Source: Octopus bimaculoides
Taxonomy: Eukaryota
Reading direction: 5' to 3'
NCBI RefSeq assembly: GCF_001194135.2
Contig: NC_068991.1
Coordinates: 7,147,615 to 7,211,614 of the forward strand
Length of the DNA stretch: 64,000 nt
The notes under the pieces are model-generated. The model was not told the DNA's origin. It did no database searches and worked only from the letters and a program-made list of their open reading frames with translations. Numbering within the stretch: position 1 is the first letter of the stretch; each line of letters begins with the position of its first letter. The position numbers and the translations under genes were made by a program. Positions 9,801 through 22,274 of the stretch are shown piece by piece.

Positions 9801-12305
9801 GTCATATTTGCTTCACACTCTAACACACTTACCCCTCCACCCATCTTCTCTATTCCTCTATCCTATTTATTTCTTTCTCTCTCTCTCTCTCTCTCTCTCT
9901 CATATTCACCTTGTACCTTGACCTCACATCTCTCCCTTCCTCTCTCAGCTGGAGTATATTCACGTCTTCTGCAAGATGCATTGTTCTGTCCTTCTATCAT
10001 ATTTTCTCTTCCATCAATCCAGTGGAAGGGAATCTTGCCTTGCAAGTACTTGGTAACCTCACCAGTGCTGGTACCATGAAAAAAAATCACCCAGTCCACT
10101 CTGTGATGTGGTTGGCATTAGGTAGAGCATCCAGTTGTAGAAACCATGGCAAAACAGACTTTGGAACTTCGTGCAATCTTCCGGTTTCTTGGTTCCTGTT
10201 GAACCATCCGACTTATGCCAACATGGAAAAGGGGATGTTAAGTAAAGATGAGGATGATGATGATGATGATGATACTGTTTTCATTATTCAATGAAGAAAG
10301 GAAGAGGTGCAACAAGAGGAGGAGGAGGGAAAGTGTCCTTGACCATAACAGTCTTTCTCAGACTGCAGAGGTTGGTTTAGTTGAAGTGTAGCTCGAAGTT
10401 CTGTTGTGAGGGTGCATAGCTAAGTGGTTAGGATATTCAGCTCGAGATTGTAAGTTTGTGAGTTCAATACCTGGCTGTGCGTTGTGTCCTTAGGCAAGAC
10501 ACTTTATTTTGTGTTTCTCCAATCCGCTCAGCAAAAGTGAATAGTACCTGTGTTTCAAAGGGCCATCCTTGTCACATTCTATATCACGCTGAGAACTACA
10601 TTAAAGGTACACCTGGTGGTGGTGATGGTGGTGGTGGTGGCAGCAGCGAGGAGGAGGAGAGGATAATGATGATGATGATTATATTGATTAGCATTAGCAG
10701 AATTTATTTCCAGAGCAGTGAAATGCCACTGTGAATGGCACCCTACTTTTGGACAATATTTCCAGTATTAAGTTTAGTAATTTGGTGGAGGCATGTGGTC
10801 CCATAGCTAGGGGGTATGAGTTCAATTCCTGGAATGGAGGGTGCATTGTGTCCTTGAGCAAGACACTTCATTTAACTTTGCTGTTGTCTACTCCATTATA
10901 AATGAGTACCAGGTGGTTTGCTGGTGCAGCTTTCTCTCCCCACCTTCCAGCCATGACATCCTGGATGACTTATTGGAACCCAGAGAGATCTACTTGCAAC
11001 TAAATAAGCACCTAAGAGATTTTTAATTTATAATATGTTGCCAAGTCATATTCAAACATGAGTGACAGCTGGCTGCAAAAAGCTTAATGACTTAACGATT
11101 TAACTAATTAGCTGCTTGACACCACTACACGTTGATGTTTAATTATGTTAGGTGCGAAATAAAAAAAAAACTATCTTTTTTTAAAAACAATATATATTGA
11201 TAGGTGCAGGCACAGCTGTGTGGTAACAAGTTTGCTACCCAACCACATGGTTTTCGGTTCAATCCCACTGTGTGGCACCTTGGGCAAATGTCTGTCACAT
11301 ATTTTTGTATAAGATTTATCACTAGTTAGTCTAAAACAATTTTCACCATGTTTAGCTTATGTTTTCATTGACTTTGGTAACTGGTGTCATCTAATTTTAA
11401 TATTTTGGGCAAATGGTAGTGATGGTAGTCATTGCTTAGTATTTTATTGTATAGTTCATCTTTTTTGTTTTTAGAAGCTGGTTGCCAGGATCTGGAGTTC
11501 ATTTAATACGGATGGGATACACTATGATGCATTTGATAGGAGAAGTGTCTCCAGAGCAATACTTAGAACTTTACTTGGTATGTATTGTATTGTAGTTTCC
11601 GGCTCGGGATTTCGGGAATCACCACTAACACAGGCTTATGCTTATTGTCCGAACCCCATATACTGCTTTAATATTCCTTGCACTTTTGTTGTGTTGTTGC
11701 CTTTATTGAACTCATAAAGCAAAATATGCTCCTTTGTCACTACCATTATAGCTTTGAAAAAATAATTTAAAATCGAACTGCACTCTTCAGAACTTGCACT
11801 AAGAATAAATACATGGTAAAATTGCTACCTGCTTTTATAGTAAGTTGATGTAGGTAGTTTATCCCACCCACCTCCGACTTTTAGTTCATGCAAATGAAAA
11901 AAAAACACATTATTTATGGGATAATCCAATAGGTCAAATTCCTATCTGTTTTGGTTATATTGGTATACATTAAATAGATTTGCAATCTGACTTAAGTTTA
12001 ATCCTAACTTCTAAGTATATTTCCTCTTTGCACGATTTTTGTTCTCTGTTATATACTTTATAGCAGACATGTGATGGTGATGGTGGCAGTGGCGATGGCT
12101 GCTCCTTTTTAGTTGCTGATTTAGGGGTAGAAACCCATTGCTTCTGGCATTTATCCAAAAGACATGCCGATATCTTAAGAAAAACATAATTTTGTTATAT
12201 TTTCAGGAATTACAGAAGTGGCCAGAGTTTCCAGAATCAAGCCTGCAAGCAATTCTAGTACATGCAACTCCAGAGAAAGAAGCGGCAAATGAAGAGTCCG
12301 TTTGA
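804..12305 (+). CDS. TFB2M: Mitochondrial transcription factor B2 / rRNA adenine dimethylase-fold protein (mtTFB2-like), 3' part; 8 exons in window, 5' exon(s) not found in the window
   Basis: Exons 804-895, 1194-1341, 2493-2641, 4871-4966, 6309-6362, 8801-8967, 11475-11577, 12207-12305 join in frame (908 nt, all AG/GT, phases 1-0-1-0-0-0-2-0). The peptide has GPCLLTKKLFENGAKSVIGIE (motif I/II region), IYSLGRPELFL (cf. human SIYKFGRIEVNMF), ESWLPGSG and QKWPEFPESSL (cf. insect mtTFB2 WIPGCG and RQWPEYGESSF, from recall). Confidence 0.88.
1194..1341 (+). CDS. TFB2M: mtTFB2 exon: STKRLFRSKF...GIKQKAWCE
   Basis: Acceptor ttattttag, donor gtaatg; phase 0 in and phase 1 out match the neighbouring exons. 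Confidence 0.8.
1376..1523 (+). mobile_element. tRNA-derived SINE, family A (Meta-domain-like core), 3'-truncated
   Basis: ggcgagctggcagaa...gttagcacgcc head, B-box-like gttcaaatt, core GCATTTCATCCTTCCTGGGTCAATAAATTAAGTACCAG; many copies in the window. Confidence 0.75.
1938..2422 (-). mobile_element. RTE-clade LINE 3' end (ORF C-terminus, 3'UTR, (GAT)n tail)
   Basis: ORF 2247..2537 encodes VEGTRGRGRPRKTWAEVVRQDLRTLGLTEAMTTDRDLWK, a typical RTE C-terminal motif. 3'UTR-only copies occur at about 5330-5660, 7985-8135, 10050-10275, 15541-15790, 21168-21495, 31098-31230, 37658-37875, 46240-46350 and 58513-58935. Confidence 0.85.
2493..2641 (+). CDS. TFB2M: mtTFB2 exon: EPYASIFGIL...IYSLGRPELFLLVPARNYK
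   Basis: Polypyrimidine tract plus ag at 2491-2492, donor gtaagt at 2642; lies within ORF 2453..2674. Confidence 0.88.
3063..3285 (-). mobile_element. SINE family A, near full length
   Basis: Reverse complement of the 1376/13160/23485 consensus. Confidence 0.8.
4871..4966 (+). CDS. TFB2M: mtTFB2 exon: SLNMKFPNTNYLFYRKTSSVLNLFFDIELLME
   Basis: Acceptor ttcctttcag, donor gtaaga; 96 nt, open frame. Confidence 0.82.
6309..6362 (+). CDS. TFB2M: mtTFB2 exon: LKVSDVFPHFAVPRKFQV
   Basis: Acceptor tgttttcag, donor gtaagt; 54 nt, phase 0-0. Confidence 0.72.
7032..7251. mobile_element. piggyBac-like MITE (220 bp)
   Basis: Perfect 12-bp TIR CCCTTTCGTTAC/GTAACGAAAGGG, TTAA on both sides (7028-7031, 7252-7255). 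Confidence 0.85.
7633..7795 (+). mobile_element. tRNA-derived SINE, family B (CORE-like ccttgggcaagtgtcttct segment)
   Basis: Repeated at about 9128-9270 (+), 9355-9505 (-), 11205-11300 (+), 12590-12725 (-), 27570-27730 (+), 32290-32520 (+), 33470-33630 (-) and 63865-64000 (+). Confidence 0.7.
8801..8967 (+). CDS. TFB2M: mtTFB2 exon: PSNSFVSVNKDSIYFIKIVPK...KRSSRLIPKME
   Basis: Long pyrimidine tract plus ag at 8799-8800, donor gtgagt at 8968; IYFIKIVPK resembles TFB2M LYLIQMIPR. Confidence 0.85.
11475..11577 (+). CDS. TFB2M: mtTFB2 exon: (E)SWLPGSGVHLIRMGYTMMHLIGEVSPEQYLELYL
   Basis: Acceptor gtttttag, donor gtatgt; the phase 2 junction restores GAA (Glu). Confidence 0.85.
12207..12305 (+). 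CDS. TFB2M: mtTFB2 last coding exon: ELQKWPEFPESSLQAILVHATPEKEAANEESV*
   Basis: Acceptor attttcag, stop TGA at 12303-12305. Confidence 0.85.
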   Translation, partial: ELQKWPEFPESSLQAILVHATPEKEAANEESV

Positions 12306-13159
12306 ACATAATATAATGACTGCCTTTACTATTGTGAAACTTCCCAGTATCAGCCTGGACATATGAACACATTGTTACAGTATGCCTGTCATGCTTCTTA
12401 CTGTTTCCCCTTATATGACCTTCATTATAATTCTTATAAAACTTGAATCAAGCACAATGAAATTTGTTACAAAAGAAATATTGAAGTGGGTTTGTGGCTC
12501 AGATCTTCACATACATATGTGAAAATACGTACGTACGTGAAGACCTGTGCTACAAGCCCATTTATGTATGTATGTACGTATGTACATGCATGCTTCTTTC
12601 AACACGTTTCCACCTACCAAATCCACTCACAAGGTTTTGGTTGGCCCAGGGCTATAGTAGAAATCACTTGCTCAAGGACTGAACCCAAGCCCACATGGGT
12701 TTGGAAGCAAGCTTCTTAATCACAAAATTCTTACCTGTGTCTTTCTATGTCCTGTGTGAACAGTATGTTTCACAGTTCAGAGGTTCAACATGTGAAGGTG
12801 TAGAATAAAAGTACCTTACTTGAAAGCTATTTAGCTGACTGGCATCAGGAAGAGCCCCCTGGCTCTAGATTATTGCCTCAGAGAGTTTTCTCCTACTCAT
12901 ATCAGCATGGAAAAAAAAAAAAAAAACAATCATAACAATGATGATGAATATATTGAAGAATTTCAACTGTTCTTTGAGACTTATCAGTTGAAAAGTTTAG
13001 AGGATTATATTGTATAGTTCCCCAAATACATTTGATAAGAATGTTATGGATTTAAATCAATAAGTTATTTGCTGTTCTCATTACTTTTCTATACAAAAGG
13101 CTGTGATCCAATTCTCAACAGAGCATTTAGCATGGTTGTATTAATATTTGCAACATTTT

Positions 13160-13360
13160 AAGGTGGCGCGCTGGCAGAAACATTAGCATGCCGAGTGAAA
13201 TGCTTAGCTGTATTTTGTCTGTCTTTGCGTTCTGAGGTCAACTTTGCCTTTCATCCTTTTGGGGTCGATAAATTAAGCACCAGTTGCGTACTGGGGTCGA
13301 TCTAATCGACTTTCCCTCTCCCCCAAAATTTCGGGCCTTGTGCCTAGAGAAGAAAAGAAT
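13160..13360 (+). mobile_element. SINE family A
   Basis: aaggtggcgcgctggcagaaac...gccttgtgcctagaagaaaag. Further copies at about 23485-23705 (+), 26585-26800 (+), 28160-28345 (-), 50165-50300 (-) and three in tandem at 53150-53820 (-). Confidence 0.8.
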
Positions 13361-13599
13361 ATTTGCAACATTTTATATTTGTTTTATTTTTTTATAACAT
13401 GAATAAAAAGAATAAAAAAAGAAAAAGAAAATAGTCTTTATTTTGATTTGAAAAATATGACCAAAAGATGTAGTTATATTCTTTTTTTTTTTACTTGTTT
13501 CAGGCATTGGACTGTGGCCATGCTTGGGCACCCTCTTGAAGGGTTTAGTCAAAAGTACCATCTAACTGTTTGTAATGAGTCGGGCACATGACAAGCTAC

Positions 13600-14362
13600 C
13601 AGCTGAGTCAGTGATGTGAATACCTTACTACAAAAGGAAATGTGGCCTCTGAAAAACCAGTGGTCAGACAAGGAGGTGGACAAATTCAGACCTGTGCTTA
13701 TTCTCACGATGTGAAGGCCTTTTTTTTTTTTTTACAAGAAAGGAGGTAATGTGTCAGGGAGAAGTAAGGATGGTTTACATTGCTGCCCTGAAAAAAAAGT
13801 GATGTCTTGAAACACTGGTGAGGACATTTAAGTGAATCAGCCTTCAAAAGTTTCTTCCGAGGCTCTGGAATTATCCCATAAATTCTGGAAGATAACACTT
13901 TGAATCTACTACCAAATATGGAGCAGCTGGTAATTGCCATTTGTGAGACAAAATCATGGAAAGACTCGAGTGTTGACAGTTCCTTCATACAAAGAACTCT
14001 TTCTCCAGGCAATGGGGAGATTGTATGTTGTTCATGAATGAAATGCAATGCTGCATGGTACTGAGATGTTGGACACTGAATGGGGGAGAAAAGCAACATG
14101 CATTGTCTGCACACATAGACGTGGTGCAGATGAGCTGAGAGATAAAGTAGGTACAGGAACCAGTGGCTGTGTGCAAGAATCAACACTTGGATGGATAGGG
14201 AAGTGCTAGGATAGCTAAGTGGAAGTAAAATATGGAAGAGGAATATGTGGGCAGAATGGTAAAAGCTGACCTCATAAAAGAGATATAAGTGGCAACACTA
14301 TTGAAAAGGATTTGTCCAATTCATGCAAGCATGGAAAAGCTAACCTAAAAATGATGATGATA
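13600..14362 (+). mobile_element. Decayed RTE LINE fragment (RT thumb region to tail)
   Basis: The + frame gives ELFLQAMGRLYVVHE*NAMLHGTEML (cf. RTE KGRLYxACVRxAMLHGSETW); ends catgcaagcatggaaaag...atgatgatgat. Confidence 0.6.
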
Positions 14363-14599
14363 CTATTGTCACTCTTGTCTCATTTGACCATATTTTTGTC
14401 TCTCTTCTCCCTCACACTCCTACTGATTATCTCACTCTACTAAATTGCCATACATTGCAGAAAAATGTGTTACCGGCCATCTGCAATGCATGGATTAATT
14501 ATCCTGTTCACGCTAGTGTATTAGCATTATCACATGTTTGAGAATAAAAAAAAACTTATTTCTGTATCTCTTTATATCTATATATATATATATATTATA

Positions 14600-14856
14600 G
14601 GTGCAGGAGTGGCCGACTAGAGCCTTGTGAGTAGATTTGGTAGACGGAAACTGAAAAGAAGCCTGTCATATATATATATATGTATGTGTGTTTGTCCCCC
14701 CACCATCACTTGACAACCGATGCTGGTGTGTTTACATCCCCGTAACTTAGCGGTTCGGCAAAAGAGACTGAAAGAATAAGTCCGGGGGTCGATTTGTTCG
14801 ACTAAAGGCGGTGCTCCAGCATGGCCGCAGTCAAATGACTGAAACAAGTAAAAGAG
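14600..14856 (+). mobile_element. SINE family B 3' module ending ccagcatggccgcagtcaaatgactgaaacaagtaaaagag
   Basis: Same module at about 36495-36692 (+), 33000-33190 (-), 46020-46215 (-) and 61195-61410 (+). Confidence 0.7.
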
Positions 14857-14868
14857 TATATATATATT

Positions 14869-15107
14869 GTTGAAAGATTTAAAAGGCCAAACAATGCAAA
14901 TAAATTTTTAAATGAGGTAGCGTAAACTAAAAGTAAGTTACCTGGTAATCTTTGGTCGTATATGTATCCAATATTTTGGGACATACAAGTCCCTTCTTCA
15001 GGGTTTGGATACATATATGACCAAAGATTACCAGGTAACTTACTTTTAGTTTACGCTACCTCATCTTAAAATCTATTTGCATTGTCTGGTCTTTTAAATC
15101 TTTCAAC
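14869..15107. repeat. 239-bp fold-back element (103-bp arms, 33-nt loop) with a hammerhead-like core in the loop
   Basis: Arms 14869-14971 and 15005-15107 differ at 6 of 103 positions (manual alignment). Confidence 0.9.
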
Positions 15108-15147
15108 GTTATATTCCATATACAATGCTTCAAGCAAACTACAAAAT

Positions 15148-15179
<32 letters not shown>

Positions 15180-15189
15180 NNNNNNNNNN

Positions 15190-15227
<38 letters not shown>

Positions 15228-15261
15228 CACATGCAGGAGCCCATTTCTATGATTAAATGAT

Positions 15262-15308
<47 letters not shown>

Positions 15309-17628
15309 GACAAGAATACACATACGCAATTTGTTTTTAATGTAAAATAAGTATGTATAAATATTGGAGAAAAAAAATGAAGTTTTTTTCATGTGTGAGA
15401 CAGCTGTGTAGTTAAGACATCCACTTAAATAACAAGATCTGATTCCAGGTTCAATGACACTGCAATTGCTTTCAAGTATACATATGAGTGGATGAATATT
15501 TTGTTTTTGGAATTTGTTAGATGAAAGCAGTGTTTCCTCATTCTTCTTCATCATCATCGTTTAATGTCCGCTTTCCATGCTGGCATGGGTTGGACGATTT
15601 GACTGAGGACTGGCAAGCCAGCAGCTGCACCAGACTCCAATCTGATCTGGCAAGGTTTCTACAGCTGGATGCCCTTCCTAATGCCAACCACTCCAAGAGT
15701 GTAGTGGGTGCTTTCCAGTCAGGTGGAACTGTAATTGACCACACTCGAATGGTGCTTTTTATGTGCCACCGGCACGGAAGCCAGCCAGGACAATGTTTTG
15801 AAAATATTCATAGACATGGACATAAACAGGAGTTTGTCATGTCAAGGCACACTACTGCACAATTTTTGTTTGGAAGATGATAAAAGTGTGTGAATTTGGG
15901 TAGTGGGTTTAACCAGTTTTAAAATAATTTTATAGCATAAAAGTGGCCGAACATTGTGAAGGATTTAAAAGCATGACAAAATCAGTGTTGTCTCTGTTCA
16001 CTCAACAACTTTGTACTTAGTACATATCTGTTATCAGAAATAACATTTGTTGCTTTTAGCATGTCTGTAAAGAGAAAAAGAACATTACCGACAATTGAAC
16101 AGGAAAATGAAATTTTATAGCACACAGATCAAAGTGAAAAGGCATCAAAAATTGTAGAAGAGTACATTTTATTGATTGAATAACATAAAAATTCTGTAGA
16201 CATGCTTTTTGTGCTTTATTTTAATGTGATTATGTTCAGTATGGCTTCTTTCCTTTTATGATCAGATCAATTATTGAAACAATCAGTTATTCAAACAAAA
16301 TGCTCCCTGCCTTCTCATTCAGATAATTGAGGTCTTAATTGTACAAGAGAATGAAATCAAGTGAGATGATCGGATTCTCAGATCTGCAACATCTGACTGT
16401 CTAACTGACAGGCCCCAAACGGCGGGCATTCAGATACACTATGCAATCTTGAAATTCTCCAAAAACAGAGATTTATTCAATCTATTGCACAAGATTAAGT
16501 ACCACCATGTATTTGTGATCATAAATTGTACCAACAAGAAACTAGTTAAAAACATGGGTGCAGGCAAAGAACATGGCTTCATATTGCTTCCCCACGCCTA
16601 CCCCTACCTACATTTTTGGGAGATACCTCTAGAATCCTAAAAGGTGTTTCTGGAGATATGATTTTTCATGTAGTGCTGTGTCTTTGCAGATACAACTTTT
16701 AGAGTAGCAACACTCACTACTGAGTAAATGGTCTACTATGTGTGTGTTGTGTGTATTATACACACAACACACATGCATACATCTCTAATTAGGAGGGATC
16801 TTTAAAATCTAGGAAATTAATACAGTAGCACTTCACGTGAGAATTTGGTTAACAAGGTATTCTAAAGGAATACCAACAATATTTCTCATCCATCAACCAA
16901 TCAATAAAACAAATGATGCAATCTTAACGAGTTAATTCATGATATTAAACACTTTGTAAATACAATGTAATGAATGTAAGAACAAGATGTTGCACATTTA
17001 TCACAGAGTAAAATATAATAATAATTGAACATAGATGGAGTTGATTATTCAATTATGTTACAAATGTTTCCATAGAATGGTTATTTATTTGCTTATCAAT
17101 ATACTACAAAACAAAATAACCAGACCACTTCATCAGACATCATTGCATAATCAAAATACACATTGATCTGCCATAATTAAATAATTCACTGTATTCATAT
17201 TCATTTATTATATAAAAGATGTCTTAATGCATAAATACAAACTGATTTTAAGAATGTTGGAAATATTCAAGTGTGTAGTTAGAACCAAACCATATAATGA
17301 TTAAAACCTGATATAACTATTAATAAAATTGCTAATATTTTTCGTTACATGAGCACGAACCAAACCTATATAGGAGTGGGGTGTAGTCAATTGAATCAAT
17401 TTTTTGTACATTAATGATGGCTATTTTATAGATCATGAAGGGAGATATGGAACAGACAGCCTGTTGACTCTGTCACTGCTCCACCTTCAAAATAATAATA
17501 ATAATAACAGTAATATAACATACACACACACACACACAAAATGCACTTATGCACATTTTCTGTCTATGAAATTTCACATACAAGTCATTTTGGGTGTGAA
17601 CTTTTAAACACACAACTACACCTGTGCC

Positions 17629-17671
<43 letters not shown>

Positions 17672-18605
17672 CTCTCTCTCTTTGGGAGAGAGGCACAAGC
17701 ACATACACAGACATACACACACGGCAGTAACTTCCGCCTACCAAATTCAATCACAATGCTTCTATATTCGTACATACAAACACATATATACATACACACA
17801 CACACACGCATATGCATACATACTAATACACTTGCATTCAAAGATCCATAAACTCTGCACAAATGTAGATACAAGCAGATATATTTGCAAACTGAAATAT
17901 ACATATATATATATATATATATATAGGAAAATGAAAAATAATAAGGCAGAATGCTAAACTGGAAGCATATTTTAATAAAGATTTCTAACCGGATTTCATT
18001 GCATAGCAAATTTTCAAGAAGAGGGAGAATGAAAATGTTTTTTACAAAGAAGTACAAAATGAAGAAAATAATATATAAAAAAAATAATATATAAAAAAAT
18101 AAACATACCAATACATTATATTGTCTTTGAGCTTTTAAAGTTCAATGGTAATTCATGTAGATAATGGTTGGAAAAATAAGGATGCATGAGAATTGAGAGT
18201 TGTGTTAGGTTTAAAAAAAGGAGCTAAAAGTTTGTGTNNNNNNNNNNNNNNNNNNNNNNNNNNNNNNNNNNNNNNNNNNNNNNNNNNNNNNNNNNNNNNN
18301 NNNNNNNNNNNNNNNNNNNNNNNNNNNNNNNNNNNNNNNNNNNNNNNNNNNNNNNNNNNNNNNNNNNNNNNNNNNNNNNNNNNNNNNNNNNNNNNNNNNN
18401 NNNNNNNNNNNNNNNNNNNNNNNNNNNNNNNNNNNNNNNNNNNNNNNNNNNNNNNNNNNNNNNNNNNNNNNNNNNNNNNNNNNNNNNNNNNNNNNNNNNN
18501 NNNNNNNNNNNNNNNNNNNNNNNNNNNNNNNNNNNNNNNNNNNNNNNNNNNNNNNNNNNNNNNNNNNNNNNNNNNNNNNNNNNNNNNNNNNNNNNNNNNN
18601 NNNNN

Positions 18606-18672
<67 letters not shown>

Positions 18673-18901
18673 TACACATATAAAATCTTTCTCTCCCTCA
18701 CGTAGAGACACACACATTTGTGGAAACATACATTTGTTAATATGCTGTACATACATACATGTATATGTATATAGATATGGTTATCTGGAGTAATACTAAT
18801 AACTGTAGCTTCTTGTTCTAGCTGCACTCATATTTAGAAAGCATAACAGCCATTCATTGCATAGATTGATTAGTTGTCATCTTGCTGAATGTGCTTGATC
18901 T

Positions 18902-19486
18902 CTAGATAGAAGCAGGAGGTAGTAGTTCTGCATAATAGGAAGGTCTATCAATCCCAAGAACTGAGAATATCATTGGGATACCATAAGTTACATTTATGGC
19001 CACAATCAGAAACGGTAAGAAACTATCGGTCAGTTCGTAAATTTGCATCCTTTTGACTTTGGGGTCCTTTATGTTTATTCCAAATATATGTTTGCAAATG
19101 TTTCGGATTATCAACCGCAGAAGTTCTGCTGTAATCAACATAATTGGAACTCCGATGATCAACCTTATAAAGCATAAAATCACTGCAGTGAATGAAGGTA
19201 TTTCCAATGGAACCGGGATTGGATAGCTTGATGTTGCGAATCCATGTTGGTAACAAAGCCATGATCCGACAGAAATGCCAGCGCCAACGCCAATAAGTAA
19301 GGTTGTATCCCTGCGTGCTGTGTTCCATTTGTCCACAGGTGGATACAACAAGCAGAGCAGAAAAGGTACACCTATGGTGAAGAAAGGCGCCACAGGATGT
19401 GTTACTGAAAAATGATCCAAAACTTGAAGGTAGGGGTAGATCAAAGGAAGGATTATACACACGTACAGAACCCCAACAATGATGTC
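18902..19486 (-). CDS. SGPP1: SGPP exon 3 ([12 protein letters not shown]...[11 protein letters not shown])
   Basis: ORF 18902..19504; acceptor ttttttacag; multi-TM C-terminal region; TAG at 18904-18902. Confidence 0.93.
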   Translation of the reverse strand, partial: DIIVGVLYVCIILPLIYPYLQVLDHFSVTHPVAPFFTIGVPFLLCLLYPPVDKWNTARRDTTLLIGVGAGISVGSWLCYQHGFATSSYPIPVPLEIPSFTAVILCFIRLIIGVPIMLITAELLRLIIRNICKHIFGINIKDPKVKRMQIYELTDSFLPFLIVAINVTYGIPMIFSVLGIDRPSYYAELLPPASI

Positions 19487-22212
19487 CTGTAAAAAAGAAA
19501 ACACAAAAATGATTAGATTTGTGTGGAACTAATTTGAGTCAAAATTTATAACAGAAAAGAAATTGATATTTTTAAGTAAAGGCTTTAGGAATATTTTTGT
19601 TCATAAAAATTGATTTAAACATATTTTATTGTATTTTGGGAGGGTCATTATGTCTATAATAAACACATGTACTGGTTCTGCTTCACTTCTTTTATTATTA
19701 ATTATTGGTCAATACATTAACATTTAACCAATTAACTCATTGGTTGTTTGATTAATCATTCAGTCAAACAAGCAGTTAGCCAGTTTGAGAATGTCCATTT
19801 GTCATCGATCGAAATCTCAGCAATAAGAGGGCATGTCATTGATCAGATTGCAAATGTTGATGAAAAGATTTTTACAAATTTAGTTCATTAAGTGATCGAC
19901 CAAATGGGTAATCAAACAATTGATTAGTTAATTGGTTAGTTAACCAACTGACTAATAAAGAGGGGGAATAGAACCAGTGAATGTGTTTATTATTGCCAGA
20001 GTGACCCTCCTAAGATACAGCAAAATATGTTTCAATACACAAGTTCACACCAAGAATCTTACAAACAAAAACCAAAGATTTAAACATTATTTATGAATCT
20101 GAATAATTCTTTCTGAACAGTATCTGGTAATAAAATAAACAAAGCTATGTTAACACCAAGGAGCAAAGAGGGAAAACTTAGAATGGCCAGTGGCATGAAT
20201 TTGAACAACAAAGAAGAATAAAAGTATATTAAATACCATACAAAATAAATTATTTATTTATTGAAATTATCTTTGCTTCCAGAGAAGGTAAAAAGCATTG
20301 TAACCAATTTTGAATGAGAAAGGAAGATTATCTCAAAAATCAAGAATTTCCCTGGAACTGATGTGCCATTAGGGAAAAGAAAGCCTGACCGTCTAAAGAC
20401 AAGTAGTTAGTTGCATGTGCATGTTTCTGCCTCAACAGTGTCATCAGCACAGCTGTTGTCCTACCTTGACTCTAGCATACAAAGGATTTAGATTATACAG
20501 TAAAAGATATTAGAGGCCATTTATGGCCTTGAATAATTAGCAGAATTTAAAATTTTGTATTTGTTGTTTAATCTCTGATCAGCTCTAATTGAGCAGATCC
20601 ATGATCAAAAATATATTTCTGTCATAACCATCGTAACTTTTATTTAGACATAATGTATCTAGGACTGAATTATTCAATATGTCCTTTCTTTGTTTTTGAA
20701 ATGACATGGTGCAATTTGCAGGAGACATGGCTGCTATTTGTAGAGGATAGGCAACCATATAGAGGTTACTTGTTCCCATTAATATTAAATGTGGTCAAGT
20801 ATATTTTATTGTTGAATTCAATATAAGTATAACTGGATTTTTTAAAACAACAAATGGCTTTCAAGGTCCACCCAAATAAAATAGGAATCAAAAAAGGGGC
20901 CGAAAGAGAAAAGAATTGTGGGGGGGGGGGGCACTGATCTAATTGATGCAAACCTTGGTAAAAGGGACTTAAAAACAAGTGAGAGTCAGTGAAGAATGTA
21001 AAGGGAAAATGTATACAAACCAAAACTGAATGCATTCCAAGGTAGATCCTGCTAAGTGATATTAATGTGGTCCAGGCAATGGCCAACATTAGGCCAATAT
21101 TGAACGGGAACTGTCAAAAGAAAAAACAAAAAAAATCTATGTATATATACATAAACATGTGTGCACATGTCATCATCATCATCTTCATCGTTTAATGTCT
21201 GTTTTCCATGCTGGCATGGGTTGAATGGTTTGACTGAGGTCTGGAGAGCCAGCGGCTGCACCAAGCTCCAATCTGATCTGGCAATGTTTCTACAGCTGGT
21301 TGCCCTTCCTAACACCAACCTCTCCGAGAGTATAGTGGGTGCTTTTTACATGCCACTGGCACAGGAGCCAGTTAGATGGGCCTGGCATCGATCACCTTTG
21401 GATGGTGCTTTTTACATGCCACTGGCATAGGAGCCAGTCAGAGGGTACTGGCATCGGCTACGTTTGGATAGTGCTTTTTACATGCCACCGGCATATATCA
21501 TTATTCAGTTTATTTCAAGATTTCTTGCCAATAGGGAAAGAACCAGTTCCTAACCTAGATCCAAAGCTCCTTCACTGGAATTTCAACATCATCAACAGGA
21601 TATTTTTGTTTGTATGTATGTATGTATGTATGTATGTGCAGATTTGTATATTTTATGTATGTATCCTCATACATATAGTTGCACATCTAGACATGCTCAT
21701 ATGTATTTAAATGATAAACTTCTGAAAAGTTCTTCAGATTTTTACAGTTCCAATGATGGATTGGATCTNNNNNNNNNNNNNNNNNNNNNNNNNNNNNNNN
21801 NNNNNNNNNNNNNNNNNNNNNNNNNNNNNNNNNNNNNNNNNNNNNNNNNNNNNNNNNNNNNNNNNNNNNNNNNNNNNNNNNNNNNNNNNNNNNNNNNNNN
21901 NNNNNNNNNNNNNNNNNNNNNNNNNNNNNNNNNNNNNNNNNNNNNNNNNNNNNNNNNNNNNNNNNNNNNNNNNNNNNNNNNNNNNNNNNNNNNNNNNNNN
22001 NNNNNNNNNNNNNNNNNNNNNNNNNNNNNNNNNNNNNNNNNNNNNNNNNNNNNNNNNNNNNNNNNNNNNNNNNNNNNNNNNNNNNNNNNNNNNNNNNNNN
22101 NNNNNNNNNNNNNNNNNNNNNNNNNNNNNNNNNNNNNNNNNNNNNNNNNNNNNNNNNNNNNNNNNNNNNNNNNNNNNNNNNNNNNNNNNNNNNNNNNNNN
22201 NNNNNNNNNNNN

Positions 22213-22274
<62 letters not shown>

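Noticed and set aside
13704-14186. 160-aa - strand ORF
   Set aside because: Antisense to a decayed + strand RTE fragment
17473-18111. 212-aa and overlapping 138-aa ORFs
   Set aside because: Translations of (TA)n/(CA)n/(GA)n tracts and AT-rich sequence, with no domain-like content
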